64,000 nt of DNA. Source: Paragordius varius. Lineage: Eukaryota; Animalia; Nematomorpha. The notes under the pieces are model-generated. The model ran no database searches, was not told the origin of the DNA, and saw nothing but the letters and a program-made list of their open reading frames with translations. Location: NCBI GenBank assembly GCA_964247055.1, contig OZ176050.1, forward strand, positions 11,718,001-11,782,000, in the 5' to 3' direction. Shown in pieces: positions 24,909 to 43,860 of the stretch. The translations under genes were made by a program, and so were the position numbers. Positions within the stretch are counted from its first letter, which is position 1; the number at the start of each line of letters is the position of its first letter.

Positions 24909-26149
24909 TATATTTATGTTAATCATTATTTATCACCCAAATTTGGGAACTATTTGTTAACTAAATATAACATTTGCACTTCAAGAGTGTGTTTTAACCC
25001 TTCAAGTTTGTCCTTGAACCCTTAAAGTTGGTCCTTTGACTTTTTTGTTTTGAATTTAACTTTTATCAATCAAATCGTCATTCATCTATTTTATAGTGTT
25101 TAACCTATTTTCTATAATGTAACATAAATTTTAAATTAATATCAACTTTTAATCATTCAGAAACCTTATCTTTAATTTCCTAAAATTATTATGGATATTT
25201 ATAAGATTTCACGTGATTAAAAAATATATAAGTGTTGTGGGTTATTATTTATAATTCTTCATTGAAAACATTCAAGAGTTAATGATTTTGCTAAATAGGA
25301 AAAAAATTAGTTTGAAACAAAAAAAGTTGTTTAAATAAAAAATTTTATTTTTAATGAATAAATATATAATAAATAAAGAAAATTAGGTTAAAAAATAATA
25401 AAATAAAAAAAATAATGCATATATTATGGTTAAATTTAAGCTTAAAAAATTTAAGGACCAACTTGAAGTGTTCAAGGACACTCAAGTGCAAATGGTATAC
25501 TTATGCATGCATTGTTTTTAAAGAATCGGGTTGAAAATTTTTTAATATTTATATTTTTAACATAAGTGACTTTGAGTTTTACTTCAATAAATGAATATTG
25601 TATTGGGTGTTTATTTTTTTGTTGCCTTAATCAATAAATTTTTGTTGTAAAATTTCAAAATATTTCCCGCATAATTTGGTAAAAAAATGGTACATTCATA
25701 AGCAAAAGACTTGACTTATTTTTTAATCGTCGATTTTCAAGTGTACACTTAATGGTTTAAATAAACTTGCTCAACTTGCCACGCTTGGTTTACAAGTCAA
25801 ATGCGATTTTTATCATCCCACCCAAAGGTTTTGCTTAAAACTTTGGGGATGTTTCTTAATATAACACAATATTTATTTAACATATATTTAAAGACAAGAA
25901 CTATTTTAAATCAAAGATGATAGATATGTTTAGCATCATCGAATTATATGGAAAAAGTGTTTTTTTGATCTTAAAGGGTTTTTATAGTGTTTCCCACTTG
26001 CCTAAAAATAGGATGAAGTAAGCTTCATCAAAACTTTGTTAACAATTAAATTTTTTAAAAAGTATGCATTTTTAAAAAAAAAATTTTTGTTAAAAATTCC
26101 CTTATATTAAATTTATCGCACAATTCCGGCATTTTTGCGTTGATTTTAA

Positions 26150-26651
26150 CACTTCCATTCAAATTGGGGCATCTAAATAGAACTAGATTTAATTTAATAT
26201 TTTTTAACAACAGAAGGAAACGGTCCCAATTTAAATTTATGCTTTTATCCTAATAAAAATTATACAAATAAGCTAAATCTAAATAAAACTTGGTTATGGA
26301 AAAAAAGTTCCATGTCAAACTACTTCGACGCCATTTTTATTTTGCAAAATATTTGCTATCGTGTTCATACTAAAGGTATAATTAAAGCTAATTCTTTTTT
26401 AAATATAGCGTTTTTGTATTTTTTTCCAATTTAGCCATACCTTTGGGTTTTACCCTAAATAAATTAATATCAAGTATTTTTGAATAAAGATTTTTATATA
26501 TTCGGTTTATTAATGTTATATAAGTGCAAAATTTTGCCATGGCTTTGATTCCCTCCATATTTTATAAAGTATTTAATTTTAAATAGGCCCGGGGTATCCA
26601 ATTACCCCAATTTGAATGGAAGGACTTAAATGAATATGTTGTATCTAAGTG
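26150..26651. mobile_element. piggyBac-type MITE
   Basis: TTAA|CACTT ... AAGTG|TTAA with subterminal inverted repeat ATTCAAATTGGGG. Confidence 0.85.
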
Positions 26652-27098
26652 TTAAGAGAAGTAGCTAATAACGGAAAACACATCTAAAAATTAAAAATTT
26701 TCAAAATGTTTTGCTTTATGTAGTTTATAATATAATGAGTTATTTTTTGGAATGAAGCCTCTATCTTTCACAAAAATTTTTTAAAAAATATGCGCAAGTT
26801 TTGTCATTTTCAGATTTAGAGCCCTTACCACAAAAATGTAAGTACTTTCTTAAATTTGTGTGAGGCCCAAAACTAGACTATAATTTCTAATATATTCTAT
26901 TAGTATATATATATATATATATATCCAGGTATCCAGAAAAGGGTGTGACAGGCTTACTTCTTACCGTCACTGTCCGCACAGGACGACCCTTACCGCCTTC
27001 CTACGCTTTTACGCGCCTCAGGGCAGGGGGAATATATATATCAGGTTTTTGAAGCAGTGTTACTCACCATGTGAAATTGCTTGTTTTTTAAAAAACAT

Positions 27099-29275
27099 AT
27101 GCAATTAAAAAACCTGAATTTTGTACTGCGTCAATTTCAACCTATATTTTATCAGACACAAAGAAATATCGATGTTATAAGTCCACCCCCTCAACATAAT
27201 AATCCAGATATTAAGAAGCGAATATTTGCTGTAAAGAGTTTGCCTGAACATCTAAAATTATGGAAAGACGAATTGGAAAAGAGATTTGCCAAATCATTCG
27301 AATTTTTATCTGATAAACATGGAAACACAGATATTATATATGATTTTAAAAATGATGATAGTTTGAAACATTGGATGACTAAATCTGATATGGATTTTGA
27401 TGGAGGTTATTCAATGTGCAATTTGATACGAACTCCTAATAAAACAGGGCTTTTTTATGGTTACACTAATACTACTATTCCCAAAGATGGAAGATTTAAA
27501 TATGCTGGTTTTTGTACCATGAAAACTGTCCATCGTATAGTATAATTTAATTTTTATATTCTTTCGATATATTAATGTATACTGTTACAACTTATTTGAT
27601 TTGTAGAGATCACTCTATCGAGATAACCCTTTAAATATTACCTATGGTTCCCATTTTGTGTTAAGAGTACGAGGAGATGGGAGAATGTACAGTTTTCATG
27701 TCTGTACTCCTGGTTATTTTGACACTATGCGCCATGATCAATATGTTTACCCTATTTGTACAAGGGGCGGTCCCTATTGGCATTTGATAAAGGTTTATTT
27801 TTAACCATATATAAATTTTAATAGTTTTACTTTTGATTTACTCTTCTTTAAATAAAATCTATTTGAAAAATTACAAAACTTTTACCATTGTAATATGAGT
27901 TCATTGAAAAGGTTGTCCCAAAAGGAACCTCCCTTGTATTTGTTTTCTCCATAAAGTTCTATTATGAGCTAGGTTTATATCTAATTTGTGTTGAGCTACA
28001 TCCTCTAGAATTGTTTGCAAGTATGTATTATGGGGTCTGCCCGCTTTAGGTGCGGCATTTTGTTATGTATGGTTTTAAGTATTTAGGACGGATCTCTACG
28101 ATATATGTGACTCGCCCATCTTAGCTTATCCATTTGGATGATATCGGCTATTAATTTTATTTTTAGCACAGTGTGGGGGTCATGGTTCGTTGTGTAATTA
28201 TTGCTTGGGATCGTTCAAATAAAATTATATTTAAATTCTTGATTGAAGTAATTTTTAAGTTTTCAAAATATAAATGGATAAACCCTCATTCAAAATTAAA
28301 AGAATTTTTTAATCAATTTAACTATAACTATTATTGTTTTATTGATATATATTCAATATCTAATGGTCTGTTAACACCTCGATTTAAATTGAGAATACTC
28401 AGACTATATTTAAGTTGATATTTTAAAAAACTACAGAAAGAAACGGTACCAATTTGAATTTATGCTTCTATTCTAATAAATTATATAAATATGCCAAAAT
28501 ATCTAAATAATATTTTGTTTTGAAAAAAAAGCTAAATTAAACTTCGACGCCTTTTTTTATTTAACATTTTTGCAAATATCGTTTATTTAATTATAAAGCT
28601 AATTTTTTATTTATATCTCATTTAAATAGAAACAAAAGTGGTTTATTTTTGTATTATTTAAATTTAGCTAATTTAGACATGTCATGTTTTTACCTTTAGT
28701 TTTACCTTAAAATAAACAATATGAAATATTTTTGAATGAATTTTTGTATTTCGGTTCATTAATGTTATATAAGTGCAACCTTTTTCAATTCATTCTATTA
28801 TTTTTTGAAGTCTTTAATTTTAAACAAGCCTGGGGTATCCTACGACTCCAATTTGAATAGAAGGACTGAAATGAATGTGTTGTATTCAAGTGTTAAAACA
28901 TTTTTATATAAATTATATTTTTTTAAGAAAATCGGGTTTGAGTTAAATATATAGAACTAAATCTTAACAAATATCATGAATTTAATTAATCCCGCTTATA
29001 TTATTTATTGCAATACTTTTTTATATCTTACATATTACATGTATGTATAGATTCCCTTTTCCAAATTAGCATTTTCATACAAGGGACGTATACAGGATCG
29101 CCAAGAGCGCATAAATAATTTTAGCCCTCAAGCTTTTATCATTAACGTAAATGATGGTGTTGATGGACCATTTAAGCTGGAAATTGATTATATAGCCATG
29201 TATCATGATGCCTATCACACTGAAGAATTCGCTTATGAAACTTACCGGGTTCCAGTTGAAGCTGGATTTTCATAA
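27099..29275 (+). CDS. NDUFAF1: Complex I assembly factor CIA30, 283 aa, 3 exons
   Basis: Exons 27099-27539, 27607-27792 and 29051-29275, all phase 0. Diagnostic motifs SD..FDGGYS, LRVRGDGR, TRGGPYW, KIPFSK, DGPFKLEIDYI, EEFAYE. Confidence 0.95.
28375..28892. mobile_element. piggyBac-type MITE in NDUFAF1 intron 2
   Basis: TTAA|CACCTC ... AAGTG|TTAA; internal sequence alignable with 26150-26651. Confidence 0.85.
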
Positions 29276-29907
29276 TGAGTTATTTCCGAAGAATAGCCTT
29301 AAATGATATTAGTCCATTTCAAAGCTTAGCGCAAAAATAAGGTGTTAGTCGCATGTCTGATAATAAATTGAAAGACTTCATATAAGAACCAAATAGTTTA
29401 TTGTTTTATAATGTTGTATGTTTATAAAACCCTTAATTTACATCACAATCAAATTATATAAAAATTTAATTTATTATCGCTATATATTGGGTAGAAAAAA
29501 TGAAGTGATAAAAATGTAGAAAAAAATAATCTATAAAATATTTTTTATCCAAATAAATAAGTAAGACATATAGTTTATGTATAATTTTTGTAAAAAAATT
29601 TGTTGATATTAAAAAAGGACACTATGTTAGGAATGTAATTTATCATATTACATTAATATAATTCTAGATAAAAATTAATGAATAAAGCAACATATACAAT
29701 TAAATGCATAAATTTTTGGCAATTTTATTATTTTAGTTTTAAAAAAGATCTAAAACGTAATAGAGTATGTTAAGACAATTTATAAATGCGTTTTCTAAAT
29801 TTTGATTTTCGTGCACACTTGTTGCTAAAACAAAATGACATTGTATGATTTAAATGCAAACATTCTAATGTTCCAAAAAAGATTTTACAGTCTGACAATC
29901 CAAAAAA

Positions 29908-36763
<6,856 letters not shown>

Positions 36764-37379
36764 TTTTGTTCAAAATATATATTTGGATCCGTAAAAAAAT
36801 GTATTGTTAAATAAAATTTAGGGAATAATTATCATGAGAAGAGTATCATTGTGTAAGTTAAGATTATCCGAGCCAGCACGTAACCACTATAAAAATAAAA
36901 TAGATAATATATACAAAACTATGCAAAGTTTTTTAAAATAGGAAAAAATATAGCTGGTTTCAATTTTATTTTAATGATTCGTTGTTTGTTATGCAGAACA
37001 ATAAGAGGTTTGAAAAATAACCACAAAAGAAAAGAAATTCCAATGCATATTGCAATAAAATAAGAAAATTGCATTTAGGATGTTAAAGCATTGAAATTTA
37101 AAAGGGATTTTCGATAATTTAATTTGAGTACCAATTAGAGTATTAAAAATTGGAAAATTAATATATTATTATAATTACATAATTAAAAAAATTAAAAAAT
37201 ATTGGGAATCATTTTAACTTAAAATTAAAAATATTTAAAATATAAAAATAATATACAAATAATCAATCTATTTCAAAAAAATAATTAATTATATCAATCA
37301 ATGTAGGATTTTTTTTAAAAAAAAGATTGATTAGGTTACCTGAAACATATGGAGAATAATGAGGTAAAATGCAATTTAA

Positions 37380-37961
37380 CACTTGGATACAACACACTCA
37401 TTTTAATCCTTCGATTCAAATTGGGGTAGTTGGATACCCCAGGCCTGTTTAAAATCAAATATTTAAAAAAGTATGAAAGAAATCGAAACCATGACAAAAT
37501 TTTGCACTTATATAACATTAATAAACCGAAATATATAAAAAATTTAATTCAAAAATACTTAATATTACTTATTTTAAGCTAAAACCGAAAGGTAAAAATT
37601 TCGTCAACGTGACATGTGTCAAATTTTAAAATTAAAAAATAATACAAAATTAACCGCTTTTTCTATTTCTATCAATGTTATATGTAATTTATTTAAAAAA
37701 TTAGCTTTAGTTTAACCCTTAAAATATAATGAAAACGATATTTTGTAAAAATTTTGTAAAATAAAAATGGCGTCGAAGTAGTTTGAGATGGAACTTTTTT
37801 TTCAAAACAAAATTTTATCAAGCTATTTTGGCATATTGATATAATTTTTATCAGGATAGAAGCATAAATTTAAATTGGGACCGTTTTGTTCAATACTTTT
37901 TTAAAAATATTAATTTAAATTTAGTCTGGGGTATTTAGATACCCCAATTTGAATCGAAGTG
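37380..37961. mobile_element. piggyBac-type MITE (opposite orientation)
   Basis: TTAA|CACTTGGATAC ... CGAAGTG|TTAA, 582 bp. Confidence 0.88.
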
Positions 37962-39009
37962 TTAACTAAATTGTTTATTTATTTTTAATAATATGGAAAA
38001 TATTTTTAGCAATCGAATCTAATTATTTTGTCACATATTCTGCAATTATTATTTTGATATTAAATGCAAAATTAAGTTGGGTGGGTAAATTTAGCAGTAC
38101 ATGGTGCCTTTGGGACCCTCAGGATGTGAGAAAGTTTTTTGCAATCAAAAATCTCGAGGTTTCGCGATACTTTTTAATATATGCTAGATTTTGACATCAT
38201 ATTTTGAAAAAATGGCATACTTTGTGCCAAAAAAAATTTTTACGAATTTTAAGCGTACTTTATACTATTTTGGCTCAAACGTGTACACAATTTCTATAAC
38301 CAAATATATCAATCTCATGGTGTTTTTGCTTTTGGGGCTGACAAGTGATTTAAAAAAGATATTAACACTCTTGAGATTAGTGCTCCTTATCAGAAAATGG
38401 CAAAAGTTGAGCATATTTTTTTGTGGTAGGCTAAATGCTTTATTCCAAAAAAATTTTAAAAAGCAATACAATATTTTGATATATAAATTTTTTGATGTGG
38501 ACTCCGAAAGTCCCAATTTTTTAACTCTTTAAAATAGGCTAGTTAACTTAAATAAAACGAAAAAATGCAGAGCTTGGGCGATAATAATATTTATTATATG
38601 CTAATTTTGGATTTATTAAAATATACCTAATAATCGATATTTTTTTCAAAAATATAATTTTATTAAAATTGGAATCATACTTTATACTTGAAGCATATGG
38701 AAACGGTAAAAACGATTTTGGACATTGTTACATTTTTCTATTACTTCATAATTTAATTTAAAATTTTGGTGATTTTTTGTAAAAAAAACACAAATTTAAT
38801 TTAACATAAACTTGAAGACAAACGATTATTTCAATCGAAATTCTGTCGTAATAGATATGTCACCATTAAATTATACAGATAATTGTTTTTATAATGCCTT
38901 ATAGTGTTTTTATACCGTTTCCATAATGTCTCAAAATAGCGGAAAGAATGTTTCGACAAAACTTTGCTTTGAAAAAAGTATTATTGTTGATATCACTTTG
39001 ATTCTCTAA

Positions 39010-39531
39010 ATAGTCCTGACTTTTTGAGTTAGGATTTTAAAAAATTACTGAAGGAAACGGTCTCAACTTAAATTTATGCTTCTATTCTAATAAAAATTAT
39101 ATATATATGCCAAAATATTAAAATAAAATTTTATTTTGAAAAAAAAGTTCCCAAACTACTTCGACTGCATTTTTAATTTAAAATTTTGCAAAATATCGTC
39201 TTCATTTAATTTTAAGGGTTAAATTAAAGCTAATTTTTTATTTAAATAACATCTAACAAGGATAGAAATAGAAAAAGTGGCTTAGTTTGCATCATTTTTT
39301 AATTTATCCAATGCACAATGTCACTTTGATTAAATTTTTACCTTTAGGATCCAGTATTTTTGAATAATGTTTTTTATGTATTCCGGTTTATTAATGTTAT
39401 ATAACAAGAATAAGCCATGGTTTCGATTCCTTCCATATTTTTTAGAGAATTTAATTTTAAACAGGCCTGGGTTATTTAACTACCCCCCGATTTGAATCGA
39501 AGGACTAAAATGAATTTGTTGTGTCCAAGTG
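39010..39531. mobile_element. piggyBac-type MITE, left-truncated
   Basis: The internal sequence matches the family; right end CCAAGTG|TTAA. Confidence 0.7.
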
Positions 39532-41031
39532 TTAAAACTTTTATCGCGCAGGCTCTGCATTTTTACCTTTTAAAAAAATTAGCTCATTTTAGAAGAGTGA
39601 AAAAAGTTGTGATTTTCGGACAATACTTTGTTGCTTTTTATAGATAGTTTATAAATAAATCTTAGTGATAATTTTTAGGATGAAGTATTTAGCTTTCTCC
39701 AAAATTTTAATTAAAAAAATATGCAATTTTGCTATTTTCAGATATGGAGAACTTGCCACAAAAGTGTAATTATCTTTCTTGAAACAGTTGTGAGCCCTTA
39801 AAACAAAAGTTTTATCAAATTCCTGATACATTTTGCCATTAGAATATATTTATTTCATCAAGATTTTTTACACACCCCAGTTTTGTATGCTGTGTAATTG
39901 AAACGGTATTAAAACACCTCTTTGAGATACTATAAGACTTTTTTATGAAGGATGGTAGACATTTCTATATTTCTAAATTAAATAAAATATTCGTTCGTCT
40001 TCAAATATTTGAATACAGATTGTTTTAAAAATTCATCTACACATAAAAGCAAACAAATCTTTAACCGAGTTTTAGGTGGTTTATATGCTCAGCATCATAG
40101 AATTGTTTAAAAAAGAATTTTAAAGCAAAATATCCTTATTTTGAAACCTGTTTTTTGATGTAAAATTTTAGCATAAGATTTTATAAATATATTGTTCTTT
40201 TTATATGTAATTTATAATATATATTTTAGTGCTGTTTTTTTGGTAGGAAGCATATCACCAAAAAATTATTTTGTCATTTCTTATATGGAGTAATTACAAA
40301 AGTGTTAATAATTTTTTTAAATCACTTGTACGAACCAAAATAAAAAGTTTCATAATAATTCTGATACATTTTCTCATCAGAATATATTTTGCACCTGATA
40401 CATTTGAAGGTAAATAAATCGCTAATGTAATTATATTATGGTCTCAAGTAGAATAAGTAAAGCTTTTGTGCTTATGATTATTTTCCACCGCAGTTTCCCT
40501 AAGAATTACTTTTAAATTTTAGTGTTAACTTTATATTTTTACGTTAAAACCTAAATATTTTTATATGAATACTATAAGAATTTTAAGCAAAAAACTTATG
40601 AAAAAACCATTTAGTGTACGTATAATACAGTCATGTGTCCTTTATTTTCAAAAATTTATTTTTTTTCGTTAAATAATATTTGGTAAGGAATGGAAAAAAC
40701 AAAAGCTATATGATAATTCTCTAATTTTTTTTGATAAATATGATATTGTTAATACCATAGAGCTCTTGTTTTTTCCATTCTTTAACAAATATTTATACCC
40801 ACTTAACGAAAATAATGATAAAATAAAGGATACATGACTGTAAAAACCTAATATGTATATCTATAGAGAGTAAAACGATGTTAAAGTTACGAAATCCAAA
40901 GAGAATTTGCGCTTAATGCAAATATAGTACAAGTTATATTTATCTGTTTTAATATTGTTGGGGATATTATTTATATAATAATTACAGTAATAATTATCTA
41001 TTCAGGTATCGATCATATTTTTAACCCCTTC

Positions 41032-42459
41032 ATGTCGCACCCATTTTACGTATCAGAAGACGAGGAAGACGAACAAAACGGTGATTCATGGAAATTGAAC
41101 TCTAAAAAGAACTTTTTTGATGAATGTTATGAAAATGATAATACATTTAAAACAAAGATTGATGAAATTACCAGACTTCAGAATTCCGTTTTATCTGGAA
41201 CTAAATTTTGTAATCAAAGCGTAAATGACTCGGAAAAGATTGGATCACTTACATCCGAAGTTAAAATCTAATTAATTATGCAGGAATTATCACAACAACG
41301 TGAACAACTCAAAAGGATAGAGGGAAATATTGATAATCTAGATTCAAATCTCAACGTTGCTCAAAGGCAAATTAACTCTTTAAAAACCTTTTTTGGTTCC
41401 GTCTCAAATTATTTCTCTTCGTCCAAAAAAGGTATACCCTTGGATGCCACAACCAGAAAACCATCAATACAAGCCTCTAATTCAATTAATTCCAACTCAA
41501 TTAACAAAAATCAGTTTTTACAAGCATTAAATGCTCCATCCGCACATAATTCAGATTCTTCCCGAGATATTTTAACCAAACCTCTTGGCAAAAAACAGTT
41601 TGATGCCATATTTGATCAAGAAATAGGTAATATATACGTCGGAAAACTACAGTTATATATATATTTCAACAAAATTATTTATATTTTTAAAGCATTTCAT
41701 CGCTTTTATAATTAAATCTTGTTAGCATCACATAGCTCTAAAACAGGTGGTAAACATATTAACAGTAAAATTGGAATGCATTTATTAAAAATGTCTCCGC
41801 GAACGTAACGGTTTCACCAAGGAACATTTTACTTAAAAAAGTTTTGGTTTTATTCCATTTTGTTAATAGGTTAAACTTGTTTTTTGATGAAATGGTTTAG
41901 AATATCAATAGAAATCCTAATTTTACCATAAAATGTAAATATCCACAAAAATATATGTATTATATTACCTAACGAAAATTAACCTAATAAATAACTCTTA
42001 ATTGTTTTCATACCGTTAAAATCCCATTATAAGTTGATAAAGTTAAGTTATATTTTTTTAAAACGATTGAACATATTTTTTGAAGACTTCCGGGATTGCG
42101 ATTTTGATTTTCATTACGGTAAAAATATTTATTGACGTTCAAGTTATTGGGTTAACTAAATAAACTCTTTTTTTTTAATTTGATTTATTAACTTGAACGT
42201 GCTTTTTTAGAAGCAATGATCTAATGGTATTTCCTCCAAATTAAATGTTGAGAATTTTAATAATGACTATAAATTTTTAATCTTACTAGATGTTATGTCA
42301 CACGGAGTTAACCGCCTTAAAGATATGGCACTAAACATGGGCACCGAAATCGATAGTCAAAACTCTATGATTGATAATTACATTTATAAGATTGATAACA
42401 CAAACAATCGCATAACCGAACAAAATAAACAAATGAAAAAAATTTTGGGTGGAAAATAG
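41032..42459 (+). CDS. SNAP29: Synaptosomal-associated protein 29 (Qbc SNARE), 246 aa, 3 exons
   Basis: Exons 41032-41259, 41284-41626 and 42290-42459. Qb motif SEKIGSLTSE|ELSQQREQLKRIEGNIDNLDSNLNVAQRQINSLKTFFG and Qc motif RLKDMALNMGTEIDSQNSMID. Acidic N-terminus, and no palmitoylated Cys cluster in the linker. Confidence 0.9.
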
Positions 42460-42572
42460 TAAGCAAAATTGCACACAACACAATAAAGACAACATCAAAT
42501 TTTTCGAAAAAACGTTTGCGTGACAAGAATTTGTTTTTAAAGGGCATTTGTATCACCTACGTATTCCGATCG

Positions 42573-42593
42573 CCCCCCCCCCCCCCCCCCCCC
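42573..42593. repeat. C21 homopolymer (G21 on the minus strand)
   Basis: Directly visible about 110 bp downstream of the SNAP29 stop. Confidence 0.9.
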
Positions 42594-43660
42594 ATTGTAT
42601 TTCATTATTCTCCACGAATTGTACATTTGATGCTCCTTTTCTGTATTAATATTTTAATTGCTTGCGTGAGATGAGATTTAATATTACTCAAATCCAAACA
42701 ATACCAAGTTTTTTTATTTTGTTATATGTATATGGCTTGGAAAATCGATGTATTTTACATAATATAAACCTATAAAATGTTTTTAATGCTTTTAACCCTT
42801 CACTATACTATATTTAATTTATTTATTAATAAATATCTACCTGATTGCAACAAATTCATAATTTACTGTATTTATAGTTATTAAAATATATTAACTAGGT
42901 TTTCAAAAATAAAACATTTCCCTGTTTTCGCTCGAAAACGTGTTAATATAATTTTTACATCATATACGCATGAATAATAGACAAAATAAAATAACCTACC
43001 TGCCCTTTTCCAAACTTTATTTTTAGCATTAGTTAATGAGAACGATTCATTAACTATGACACATAGAAAAATATTTAGTAATTCAAATGGTACGTTTGAT
43101 TTTGTGATTTACTAGTCATTTAGGGAAGACTAAAATTACTCAGCCGTGCTATGTTACATGCTTTTTGGTAAAAGCCAAATGTATTAAACCAGATCAAATT
43201 GTGACATAGTATACAGTATGAGTAATTAGTTTTTTTTTAATTAATACCATATAACAAATATATCAAAGAGAAACATTGTTGGTTTCTATTTTTTGGCTCA
43301 ATAATAGTGTTCACTGTATCAGCTATCTGGCATTACATAATGAAAGCTGTATATAGTTACTCACACTGACTACCCGTGTAATTAAATTTATTTTTTTTAT
43401 ATGTCCTAATATTTCTAATTTATAAACATGTTTAAATATGTTTTGAAACAAATACAAAGTTTTATTGCGTTATAAAAATATATATTATTCTAAATTTTAT
43501 GAAACAATCTTTTTTTTTGAAAAAGGGCATTCTTATCATTAAAAATAGTTTGTAGTGTTTTTATATTTTAAAAAGACATGTTTTACCTTTTTTCGTATCT
43601 TTTATGATGACTAACCGTTGGGCTCGTATGTGAGGTGAATGAAATAAAAAATTAAAGTTA

Positions 43661-43860
43661 TATGGACAAAACGTAAAAATATAAAGTCAACAATACTTTT
43701 TAAATTTTGATTTTTTAAAATATTAACCATTGCTTATGATCGCAAATTACGAACTAGAGATGAATATTGGTAACGCATCAATTATATCTTTAAAGGTGCA
43801 AAAAAGCATGGTTGTCTTTTGAAAAAAATTGTCCTTATATTTTTACGTTTTGTCTGCATA
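43661..43860. mobile_element. About 200-bp MITE
   Basis: Inverted ends TATGGACAAAACGTAAAAATATAA / TTATATTTTTACGTTTTGTCTGCATA; related copy at about 4946-5198. Confidence 0.6.

Larger units (their letters stand above)
21557..25499 (+). repeat. Second copy of a segmental duplication (matches about 3575-6140 plus 7256-7919)
   Basis: Colinear shared blocks such as CCACTTATTTAGCAAATTTTCAC, the terminal exon, the hairpin MITE and the 21-bp foldback. 14790-15250 likewise matches 2860-3325. Confidence 0.9.

Noticed and set aside
27061-27070. ATG|GTGAGTA, a perfect start plus donor on the minus strand just upstream of NDUFAF1
   Set aside because: I found no downstream minus-strand exons; the region to its left is mostly repeats.
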